Positions 40,268 through 47,994 of a stretch of DNA of 64,000 bases are shown here, piece after piece. Each line of letters begins with the position of its first letter. Position 1 is the first letter of the stretch. The position numbers and the translations under genes were made by a program. The DNA lies in sequence record NC_005260.1; one strand, written 5' to 3'. The notes beneath the pieces are model-generated. The model did not search any database. It saw nothing but the letters and a program-made list of their open reading frames with translations, and was not told where the DNA came from.

Positions 40268-40495
40268 TTATGCTGCTTTCTTCGGGTTGTTGTAAACATA
40301 CTTGGCGCGACGCTGAACTTTACCAGCAAACTGAGTTTCCAGCTTGGCAGCTACTGATTCACGACGCATATCATTCACTTTATCGATATAACGGCCAACA
40401 GTGCGCGGAGATACCTTGAGTTCACGGGCAACTTGAGCTTTGGTTTTGTTGGCAGCGTTAATGGCAAAGTAGGCTTTGATTTCGATGTTGTTCAT
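40268..40495 (-). CDS. HTH DNA-binding protein
   Basis: KAQVARELKVSPRTVGRYI; GAGGA SD; early promoter upstream. Confidence 0.75.
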   Translation of the reverse strand: MNNIEIKAYFAINAANKTKAQVARELKVSPRTVGRYIDKVNDMRRESVAAKLETQFAGKVQRRAKYVYNNPKKAA

Positions 40496-40552
40496 GATAT
40501 TTTCCTCAGAGTTTGTTTCGTTGTGAATCGCGTCTCGCGTTTCGATGTAGCT

Positions 40553-40580
40553 ATAATAACAGGCTGTTCCACTGCGTCAA
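40553..40580 (-). promoter_or_regulatory. Early promoter TTGACG-N16-TATTAT
   Basis: Upstream of the HTH pair, after a terminator. Confidence 0.75.
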
Positions 40581-40600
40581 CGACTTTTTGAAAAATAATT

Positions 40601-40626
40601 AAAAAAAATCCCGCCAGAGCGGGATT
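40601..40626 (-). terminator. Terminator after hoc-like gene
   Basis: AATCCCGC/GCGGGATT with a U8 tract on minus. Confidence 0.85.
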
Positions 40627-40632
40627 AGTGTT

Positions 40633-41124
40633 TTATAGATAGATCACAGTGGATTCAGTGATGCCGTCCTCAGAAACATGAACAAACATGCTATTGCGAG
40701 GCTCGCGAACAACCACTGGCATACCAGAGTATCGGATCAGATTCGCAACGAATTTCTTAAAGTCGCTACCCGCGTCAGATTTCAGTTCTGCATATTGACC
40801 AGCGTCAATACAGCTAAACCAATATTTGCCGCTAATATTGCTCATATTCCAAGCCCATGGATAGTCTTCTCCAACCAAACCAAAAGCAGTTGAAGGTATC
40901 TCTTTCGAGACGGGTTGCATCGGCTCGATAACCACTGGTCCTTCGATGATGATCTTATTGACAATTGGTTCCGGTTCCCCAGCAACCACAACCGGAGCAG
41001 GAACTTCTGTTTCGGTTACGACTTCTTCGACTACGGGTACTTCGTCAACAACCGGAGCATCCTGCTTGACAACTTCCAATTCAGATACTTCGGTTGGAGC
41101 GATTGCTTTTTCTCTCTTCGCCAT
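40633..41124 (-). CDS. hoc: Hoc-like head decoration protein lacking Ig domains
   Basis: VREPRNS resembles the Hoc/Inh ESRN motif; adjacent to inh; late promoter upstream. Confidence 0.5.
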   Translation of the reverse strand: MAKREKAIAPTEVSELEVVKQDAPVVDEVPVVEEVVTETEVPAPVVVAGEPEPIVNKIIIEGPVVIEPMQPVSKEIPSTAFGLVGEDYPWAWNMSNISGKYWFSCIDAGQYAELKSDAGSDFKKFVANLIRYSGMPVVVREPRNSMFVHVSEDGITESTVIYL

Positions 41125-41169
41125 TTTATTCTCCTTATAAGAAGCCCACTTATGTGTGGGCTATATCAT

Positions 41170-41176
41170 TATTTAG
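41170..41176 (-). promoter_or_regulatory. Late promoter CTAAATA (hoc-like)
   Basis: Overlaps the inh stop. Confidence 0.7.
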
Positions 41177-41871
41177 AAGAAGTGGTGATACTCACTGTTG
41201 CGGGATTCACGGATGCGAACTTTGCCGTTTACCTGAATGTAGTAAAGCATATCATACAGGAAATCTTTGTCGTGACCAGTGTAGTTCATGACGTTGATCT
41301 TCCAGTCGCGCGGTTGCTCAAGAATCCAATCGAGAATCCAATATGGCAGATTCAAGTACGCATCTTTGCCATAACCAATCAGCTCTGTTTTCGGACGATA
41401 ATCATTGCCAATATGAACAACGTGATGTCCACTTGAAGGCAAGTCATTACCGATAGATTTCAGAATTCCCATTGCTTCCATTTGAGTGATATTCACTCTT
41501 GGAGTAGAAACATCAATCACTTGATCTTTCAGGAAATCAGCAACGGTATAAGTACCGGTTGGTTTCACTTCTTCAATATCAGTTCCAAGATCGATAGGAC
41601 AAGCGCCGTTACAATCTGGTACATCAGTGATCGGAGTTACATCAACTTTGATCTCCTCGTCGATATCAGGAGGTCCAAAGCTAGACGTTTCGGTAACACC
41701 GTTCGCCATTGCATCGAGTTTGTCCATAATCAGACTAATCTGATCTTTGACGCTGATACCAGTCTTCGGCACTTTCATGCCATTTTCTTTGCAATACTTC
41801 TGAATAGCGGCTTTTGCTTCTGCCGCTGGTAGTTCATCTTTGAACTTGTAGACCTGTTCAATATCAATCAA
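41173..41871 (-). CDS. inh: Inh-like protein (inhibitor of prohead protease family)
   Basis: MIDIEQV..EAKAAIQKYCKENGMKV N-terminus and IRESRNS C-terminus like T4 Inh. Confidence 0.8.
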   Translation of the reverse strand: MIDIEQVYKFKDELPAAEAKAAIQKYCKENGMKVPKTGISVKDQISLIMDKLDAMANGVTETSSFGPPDIDEEIKVDVTPITDVPDCNGACPIDLGTDIEEVKPTGTYTVADFLKDQVIDVSTPRVNITQMEAMGILKSIGNDLPSSGHHVVHIGNDYRPKTELIGYGKDAYLNLPYWILDWILEQPRDWKINVMNYTGHDKDFLYDMLYYIQVNGKVRIRESRNSEYHHFF

Positions 41872-42296
41872 GCGTTTAATGCTCCATGTTTGGTCACGAG
41901 TTTATCAATCGTGTCCGTTTGTGTAAGACGTAGTTTAGCAAGATCCATCATGTCAGTAAACACACGAATTTCGTTTTCGATGTACCGATCGGTATCGATT
42001 ATATACAGCTCATGAAAGCCTCGCTCGGTCACTCGCTTGCGAGGTGCGGTATCTGCGCTCTCACGTTCCGGACATTGGATCAACTGTACAAAGGCTTGAT
42101 TGCTCATGTAAGTTCGACCGTATTGATTTATCGGGACAACTTTGGTAGCACGAATAACGTAGAACTTGAAACCCTCGTTACCACGATGAATCGCAATCGC
42201 ACCGGGCTTGTGATGTGCGTAGTTATTATCCGAATCGGATTTCAGAATCGGATAATTTTTAAACCAATCCTGACGATCATTCTTATACTCGGCCAT
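41868..42296 (-). CDS. Hypothetical protein
   Basis: ATG 42296 with GGAG SD; stop overlaps the inh start. Confidence 0.6.
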   Translation of the reverse strand: MAEYKNDRQDWFKNYPILKSDSDNNYAHHKPGAIAIHRGNEGFKFYVIRATKVVPINQYGRTYMSNQAFVQLIQCPERESADTAPRKRVTERGFHELYIIDTDRYIENEIRVFTDMMDLAKLRLTQTDTIDKLVTKHGALNA

Positions 42297-42510
42297 TGTA
42301 TTTTTTCTCCAATAGATGTTTTGCATAGTACCCAGCTCCACAAATCGGGCCAGCTATGAGTACCATAATGGTATGGCAAGTTACCAGATCTGGTATTGCT
42401 TGATTATACAGCGAAACGCAAATGATTGCAAAGAGATATCCCAGAATGGAAGCGATCATGCCGTTCGATCCCATACAGTATTTCTTGACAAAAACGAGAA
42501 ACTTTACCAT
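42283..42510 (-). CDS. Small membrane protein
   Basis: Two hydrophobic segments; start coupled to upstream stop. Confidence 0.5.
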   Translation of the reverse strand: MVKFLVFVKKYCMGSNGMIASILGYLFAIICVSLYNQAIPDLVTCHTIMVLIAGPICGAGYYAKHLLEKKYNGRV

Positions 42511-42761
42511 TTGATTTCCAGATACGACTGTTCCATCTGATTCATGCCACTGACCATCTTAGCAGAGAATCCAGCATTCAACAGCTCACGAAGGATCAGC
42601 TCCCGAACTTCAAATCGTGGAACGGCAGTGATATTGCAATTTCGAAGTCCACGCTTGGCAGCAGCTTTGATCGCCGGTTCTACTGTGTTGGTCATATATT
42701 CGCCGATAATAGCAACGCTATTCTCTTCGGTCATTTTGATTGCATCTTTTGCAGTAATCAT
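42504..42761 (-). CDS. Hypothetical protein
   Basis: ATG 42761 with GGAG SD. Confidence 0.6.
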   Translation of the reverse strand: MITAKDAIKMTEENSVAIIGEYMTNTVEPAIKAAAKRGLRNCNITAVPRFEVRELILRELLNAGFSAKMVSGMNQMEQSYLEIKW

Positions 42762-42777
42762 TTTTATCTCCAAATAA

Positions 42778-42795
42778 TGAGGGCCGAAGCCCTCA
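42778..42795 (-). terminator. cUUCGg hairpin after rnlB (weak terminator or RNA stabiliser)
   Basis: TGAGGGC-TTCG-GCCCTCA on minus. Confidence 0.6.
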
Positions 42796-42803
42796 ATCAA
42801 ATT

Positions 42804-43830
42804 TTACCAGTCGCCGTCACAGATAGAAACCCAGTTCGGACGAATCATGTTGCCGATTTCGGTATTGATCATTCGCATAACTCGACCAGCTTCGTCTGTC
42901 GCTTCTTTGACAGATACGCCGTCCAGTTCGTCGCGCTCATAATCTTTCTGAACGTCTTTGGACATGAGACCCAGAACTTTGCCAAACTCGCTAGTTTTCG
43001 GGGTGTCCATCTTGGACAGCACATTCTTGAGACGATTATCAGTGATATAGCGGGTGATGTCAAGCACAAGTGCCTTGTCTTTTTCAGACAGCTCCTTAAC
43101 TTCTACTTGAACAGCCCGGCCTTTACCGGTTTCGCTCCACTTCTCGTTTTTGCACTTGATCGCAACACGATTGCCGTTTTTGAAACGAGCAGGTACGTTC
43201 GGCTTAGCCACGTAACCCTCTGCAATGTTATCGGTACCAACGCGAATGTCAATAGGCTTACCTGCATTGACTTCCATGACAACAGATTGCAGATCGACAG
43301 GGATTTTCATGATATCAGCGAAAGTACCGACTTTGAGCAGCGGTGCAGTTTTCAGACCCAGTGCTTTGCAAAGTTCTTCTACTTGCAGATCTTCCAGCAT
43401 GAATTGATCGCCGTCAAGAGGCTGTACGATGATATCAAACACATAGAAATCTTGAGGACCGTATTCAATACCAGTCTGGATCCACTTGCCGTAGCTCATG
43501 ATACCAGCATATTCACCAAACACGCCGATAGAGTCTTCTTTGTCGATCATGTCCAGGTGTACCAGACACTTATGCAGTTGACGGATCTGTTTCTCATAGC
43601 GTCCAACAATCACTTGATGATCATAGAAAACTAGACGCCTCGCCCAGGAAGCTGGAACGCTTACCAGCAGTGAACTCGATATCGTTGGTCCACATAGAGA
43701 AGTTGGTGCCGTGAATTTTTTCACGGGCAGTCCACACGGTATCGATACCAGCGAAACCTTGCTCTTGAACAGCGAAAATCACTTTCTGCTTGGTGTGATT
43801 TTCCATTTCCGGATAGCCTTGAAATTTCAT
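42804..43830 (-). pseudogene. rnlB: RNA ligase 2, split by a +1 frameshift (programmed shift, pseudogene or sequencing error)
   Basis: Motif I REKIHGTNFS and KRS lie in 43621-43830; VFGEYAG, FYVFDI, AEGYVAKP and IKCKN lie in the next frame; joined length 341 aa. Confidence 0.88.
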
Positions 43831-43831
43831 C

Positions 43832-44143
43832 TTATTTCCTCTTCTTACGCTTTTTGTTTTGATTTGAATTGATTTCACCGTTGGGTATTGTGTCGTTTGC
43901 TATTGCAAATCCCTTCGGCTTTAACCGTTTGCCTTTGCCACCCAATCGGTGAGTTACACAGTTTCGGTGTTGAAAGTTCCGATTTAACTGCGATTCTCGT
44001 AGTTCCCGAATCGTGTCGGCCATCGTCTTTTTATTATTGTCTACATCAAACGCGCCGTCAACACCTTTTTTCAAAAGATACGCGACGCCGATTATAGTTC
44101 CAAGAACAGCCAGTCCTCCGAACTCGTTCATATCAAAAATCAT
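43832..44143 (-). CDS. Membrane-anchored basic protein
   Basis: ATG 44143 with CAGGAG SD; N-terminal TM GGLAVLGTIIGVAYLL; K/R-rich tail. Confidence 0.6.
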   Translation of the reverse strand: MIFDMNEFGGLAVLGTIIGVAYLLKKGVDGAFDVDNNKKTMADTIRELRESQLNRNFQHRNCVTHRLGGKGKRLKPKGFAIANDTIPNGEINSNQNKKRKKRK

Positions 44144-44170
44144 AGTTCGTCTCCTGTTTTCGATGATGCC

Positions 44171-44199
44171 ATTCTTACACGTTAGAATTGGAGTGTCAA
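44171..44199 (-). promoter_or_regulatory. Early promoter TTGACA-N16-TAAGAAT
   Basis: Upstream of the 44143 ORF and rnlB. Confidence 0.55.
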
Positions 44200-44210
44200 T
44201 GAATTTTTGG

Positions 44211-44251
44211 AAAAAATAAAAGCGGAGAGCCCGTGCAAGACTCTCCGCTTT
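44211..44251 (-). terminator. Terminator after the 44280 ORF
   Basis: AAAGCGGAGAG/CTCTCCGCTTT 11-bp stem with U-rich tail on minus. Confidence 0.75.
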
Positions 44252-44279
44252 GACATTCCTTTGTAGATACACATTATTT

Positions 44280-44669
44280 TTATTGTTGTTGTCTATCTGA
44301 TCTTTGCCAATTATCCGTTATCGGCGCTACCTCACCCGGTCTGCGTTGATTTTCTTCAACTCTCCTAGATAGATCATCTATTTTAGCCTGCATCGTCTTT
44401 AGGATTTCTTTCTCCTCAGACGATTTCGCGTCAGTGACGTCCTTCGCATATAGCATGGATTTTAACTGCGCGTTTTCAACGTCGGTGTGTGTTGGTAGCT
44501 TTGAAATATCATCTTTCAATGCCGACACTGATTGATCGAAATGGGAAGTAATTTCCTCTTTCAACTTGTAATCGCGCTGATCGCCGATAAACGAGTTGTA
44601 GGTAAATACCGCTCCCCAAATCGTAACAAACAAAGTCAACGTTGAAATAACGTTTTCTTTTATGTTCAC
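44280..44669 (-). CDS. Single-TM coiled-coil protein
   Basis: GTG after AAGGAG; N-terminal TM then helical region. Confidence 0.6.
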   Translation of the reverse strand: MNIKENVISTLTLFVTIWGAVFTYNSFIGDQRDYKLKEEITSHFDQSVSALKDDISKLPTHTDVENAQLKSMLYAKDVTDAKSSEEKEILKTMQAKIDDLSRRVEENQRRPGEVAPITDNWQRSDRQQQ

Positions 44670-44711
44670 TACAAACACTCCTTACCGTAACTTGTAATTA
44701 AGTTACACATC

Positions 44712-44719
44712 TATTTATT
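44712..44719 (-). promoter_or_regulatory. Possible late promoter AATAAATA (44669 ORF)
   Basis: Intergenic, divergent from the uvsW promoter. Confidence 0.45.
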
Positions 44720-44765
44720 GTTTATGATTTAGACGGATTATGTTACAATCGTGGAACAAAAGCCG

Positions 44766-44772
44766 CTAAATA
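44766..44772 (+). promoter_or_regulatory. Late promoter CTAAATA (uvsW)
   Basis: Upstream of uvsW, as in T4. Confidence 0.7.
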
Positions 44773-44797
44773 AAACAAAACTGTTAGGAACTGTTCG

Positions 44798-46309
44798 ATG
44801 CACGTAAACGTAAAATTTAGAGACTATAGTAACGCATTCATTGATTGTGACAACAATATTTTCATGGAACTGCGCAACTATTTTACCTTCGATGTTGACG
44901 GCGCACGGTTTAACCCCAAGTTCAAATACGGAACATGGGATGGTAAAATCCGTATGCTATCCAACGAAGGACTTCTACCGATTGGTCTGGTAGACACGCT
45001 CGTCCGATATTGTAAAGAAAACGATTTGGAAGTCAACGTAGATTCGGAATTTACTCCCGAAACTGAAATGACTAGAGAAGAGTTCGATACTTGGCTTTCT
45101 GAACTGGATATTTATTCCGGTCAGAACAAGATCACTCCTCATTGGTATCAAGCCGATACCGTGTTCAATGCAATCAACAAAAACCGTATGATTGGCAACT
45201 TGCCAACGTCTGCTGGTAAATCACTGATCGCTTGCTTGCTTACCTACTGGTACTTGCAACGATACGAAGGCAAAGTGTTGGTACTCGTTCCAACAACTGC
45301 GCTTGTTGATCAGATGATTGGCGACTTCGCAGATTATCGTCTTATCCCTCGCAACGCTTGTCTCGGTGTTATGGCCGGCACAAGAAAGAACGGTAGCGAG
45401 CCAATCGTTGTTTCTACATGGCAAAGTGCATGTAAGATGAACTCCGAATGGTTTAAGCAGTTCGGGATGATTATAGTTGATGAATGCCATTTGTCAACAG
45501 CAAAAGAGCTGACAACGATCATTAAAGGCATGGCAGATTGTCGTTTCAAAATCGGCATGAGTGGGTCTTTGCGCGACGGCAAAGCAAACGTTTTGCAATA
45601 TATCGGCATGTTTGGTGATGTATTCCGTCCTGTAACAACTAAGAAACTTATGGAAGACGGACAAGTAACAGACTTAGATATCAACGCCGTGTTTTTGCGT
45701 TATCCAGATCACGAAACGATCTTGCATAAGGGTAAAGCATATGCGGATGAAATCAAAGTCATTAACAATCATACCAAACGAAATGCTTGGATTTGTAGAC
45801 TTGCGTTGAAGCTTGCCAAAGAACGGAACGAAAACGTGCTTATTATGTTTAAACACGTTGCTCATGGCAAGTGGCTGTATGAAGCCTTGAAAAAGAAATA
45901 CGGTGAAAAAGTTCACTTTGTTTCTGGCGAGACTAAGACAGATGATAGAGTTAAGCTGAAAGGCGATGCCGAGAATGAAGACGGTTTGATCATCGTCGCG
46001 TCTCTGGGAGTATTCTCTACCGGTATCAGTATCAAGAAATTGCATCATGTAATCTTCTCTGCACCGACCAAGAGTAAAATCCTCGTTCTCCAATCGATAG
46101 GCCGCGTTCTCCGCAAACATAGCAGCAAAGACGTAGCTACCCTTTGGGATATCATCGACGATATCTGTGTTAAGCCAAAGAGCTCCAATTCGAAGAAGAA
46201 GTATGTCCACAAAAACTACGCTTACAATCACGGGCTAGAACGGATCCAACGATACAGTTCAGAAAACTTTAACTATCGGATAAAAGAGGTGGCACTTGAA
46301 ACAGTTTGA
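44798..46309 (+). CDS. uvsW: UvsW DNA helicase
   Basis: LPTSAGKS Walker A, VDECH, QSIGRVLR. Confidence 0.96.
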   Translation: MHVNVKFRDYSNAFIDCDNNIFMELRNYFTFDVDGARFNPKFKYGTWDGKIRMLSNEGLLPIGLVDTLVRYCKENDLEVNVDSEFTPETEMTREEFDTWLSELDIYSGQNKITPHWYQADTVFNAINKNRMIGNLPTSAGKSLIACLLTYWYLQRYEGKVLVLVPTTALVDQMIGDFADYRLIPRNACLGVMAGTRKNGSEPIVVSTWQSACKMNSEWFKQFGMIIVDECHLSTAKELTTIIKGMADCRFKIGMSGSLRDGKANVLQYIGMFGDVFRPVTTKKLMEDGQVTDLDINAVFLRYPDHETILHKGKAYADEIKVINNHTKRNAWICRLALKLAKERNENVLIMFKHVAHGKWLYEALKKKYGEKVHFVSGETKTDDRVKLKGDAENEDGLIIVASLGVFSTGISIKKLHHVIFSAPTKSKILVLQSIGRVLRKHSSKDVATLWDIIDDICVKPKSSNSKKKYVHKNYAYNHGLERIQRYSSENFNYRIKEVALETV

Positions 46310-46553
46310 TTCATTTTTAGCAGAAGCAGAGGAGAAAGCCCGCGTAGCAATCGAGGGCTTTCTCGATAAGGTATATAACTGCAAAACAGTGGACGGCGTT
46401 AGCGAACTAGAGAAATTCTATTCCAAACGCAAGAAGGAAGTTAACATTAGCGATTCCGAAGATATTCAGATTCGTGATGCACTGAGCGGGCGCAAGAAAG
46501 AGATCGAATCTCAAGACAGCGCGGAAGCAGAAGGCAAGAAAGTTGACCTATGA
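46296..46553 (+). CDS. uvsW.1: UvsW.1
   Basis: CKTVDGVSELEKFYSKR...IRDALSGRK matches T4 UvsW.1; TTG with GAGG SD. Confidence 0.85.
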   Translation: MKQFDSFLAEAEEKARVAIEGFLDKVYNCKTVDGVSELEKFYSKRKKEVNISDSEDIQIRDALSGRKKEIESQDSAEAEGKKVDL

Positions 46554-46582
46554 AAAAGGGAGCCGATGGCTCCCTTTTTTTT
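46553..46582. terminator. Bidirectional terminator after uvsW.1
   Basis: A5-GGGAGCC-GAT-GGCTCCC-T8. Confidence 0.9.
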
Positions 46583-46895
46583 ATTTCCTGAATCTGGCAG
46601 AACCATGAAGATTGAAAATACTTTCAGATTTATCATACACAGTAACGAGTTGATCCTGCTCCCGAACGATGTAGATAACACGGTCACTCACATAAAAATC
46701 AACGGGGTCATATCCATGACGTTCATAAATGGCAGTCATTAGCCTAGTGTTGTTCTTCATACTTGCTTCTATCTTTGCATTATAGAGATCACGGGCGATT
46801 GCATAAGCAACACCGCGACCCTCTATCAGCAAATCGGGGAAACGCTCTTTAAAGCGAGTCATAACGTGACGGGTGAAAGTAAATTTCATGCTCAT
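46581..46895 (-). CDS. Hypothetical protein, possible RelE/BECR-fold nuclease
   Basis: FTRHVMTRFKER ... IVREQDQLVTVY. Confidence 0.5.
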   Translation of the reverse strand: MSMKFTFTRHVMTRFKERFPDLLIEGRGVAYAIARDLYNAKIEASMKNNTRLMTAIYERHGYDPVDFYVSDRVIYIVREQDQLVTVYDKSESIFNLHGSARFRK

Positions 46896-46901
46896 AGTAT
46901 A

Positions 46902-47312
46902 TTATTCTCCAGCTTCTAGTTTACGACAATCTATAATAGCTCGCAATGAGAAACCACGCTGACGAACGGCTTCCATTGATTGACGACAAAAATCGGCTTT
47001 TGCTTGACTGAGTTCTACTGCCGCGTTTTTCTTGATAACTTCCTCGTCACCCGCGATAACAGTTTTTAGCTCGGTGGGACTGTATACGTCCATGCATACT
47101 TCGTCCTCACTTCTTCCAGTATAGAACATAAACCGGTCACGTAACATCTTTTTGCGTTCGGCATCAAGTCTAGTTATTTCTCGATTTATGTCGGCGAGAT
47201 ACCGGTTCCATTTTCCATACAGAACCGGATTCTCTGCTACCTCAGTTTGAACCGCAGTCAACTTAATCGGCAAATCTGCCTTAAGCTCTTCCTTTAGTTC
47301 ATCAAGAGTCAA
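46902..47312 (-). CDS. uvsY: Recombination mediator UvsY
   Basis: NPVLYGKW, FYTGR, RGFSLRAIIDCRKLEAG. Confidence 0.93.
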   Translation of the reverse strand: MTLDELKEELKADLPIKLTAVQTEVAENPVLYGKWNRYLADINREITRLDAERKKMLRDRFMFYTGRSEDEVCMDVYSPTELKTVIAGDEEVIKKNAAVELSQAKADFCRQSMEAVRQRGFSLRAIIDCRKLEAGE

Positions 47313-47479
47313 AGCAATTCTACCTCGTCGAGGTCAAAACTACCGTTGCTCTCATTTACCGAAGATTGTAGATCTTCTAGGTAACGTTTGCAAACTTCTT
47401 TGTGAACTTTTTTACCGTCAACAGTTTCAACGCGATCTGTTGGCAGCAGGTGTTGTTTACAAACAGCACACTTCTCCAT
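47309..47479 (-). CDS. uvsY.-2: UvsY.-2-like small Zn-finger protein
   Basis: CAVCKQ...GKKVHKEVC..VNES..EVELL like T4 uvsY.-2; start at ATG 47479. Confidence 0.7.
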   Translation of the reverse strand: MEKCAVCKQHLLPTDRVETVDGKKVHKEVCKRYLEDLQSSVNESNGSFDLDEVELL

Positions 47480-47480
47480 T

Positions 47481-47963
47481 TTACACTCCCATTTCTTTGC
47501 GAACAAGAGCACCATCAAACATCTTGCCTTGTTCTTGAGCTGCTTTCTTACAAGCGCCCATGACTTGACCAATGTTGGCACCACTCATATTTACAATGAT
47601 AGCACGAATGTCGGCAGAATCAAACACTTGCGGCAGATAGTTCATGTAAAGTTGACGCTCGATCAGCATGTGACAATGACGAATGTCATCTTTCAGGATA
47701 TCAACGACTTCCTGGGTTGCCATTTCGTTTGCAATCTCTTTGGCACGTGCATAAGAAACTGCCAAAGATTCATCCAAGTTCTTGACAAACTTACGAATAA
47801 CAGCTTGTACCTGTTCGTCGGATACAGTAGCGTTACCGGCCGGAGAAGCTTCGCCAATCAGAGTGGTCAGCGCGTTGATTTTCAGTTTACCGATATCAGT
47901 AGAACGGTCAGCGGATTTCCGCAGAGCGATTTGATCTTTTTTCAGTTGTTCAAGCAAAGACAT
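47481..47963 (-). CDS. GatB/YqeY-domain protein
   Basis: MSLLEQLKKDQIALRK, SDEQVQAVIRK, YLPQ, NIGQVMG. Confidence 0.75.
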   Translation of the reverse strand: MSLLEQLKKDQIALRKSADRSTDIGKLKINALTTLIGEASPAGNATVSDEQVQAVIRKFVKNLDESLAVSYARAKEIANEMATQEVVDILKDDIRHCHMLIERQLYMNYLPQVFDSADIRAIIVNMSGANIGQVMGACKKAAQEQGKMFDGALVRKEMGV

Positions 47964-47978
47964 TTTATTTTCCTTATG

Positions 47979-47994
47979 AGGGGCCGAAGCCCCT
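47979..47994 (-). other. cUUCGg hairpin between dda and YqeY gene
   Basis: AGGGGC-TTCG-GCCCCT on minus, abutting the SD. Confidence 0.55.

Noticed and set aside
42777-43634. 285-aa plus-strand ORF antisense to rnlB
   Set aside because: Mirror frame; no motifs.
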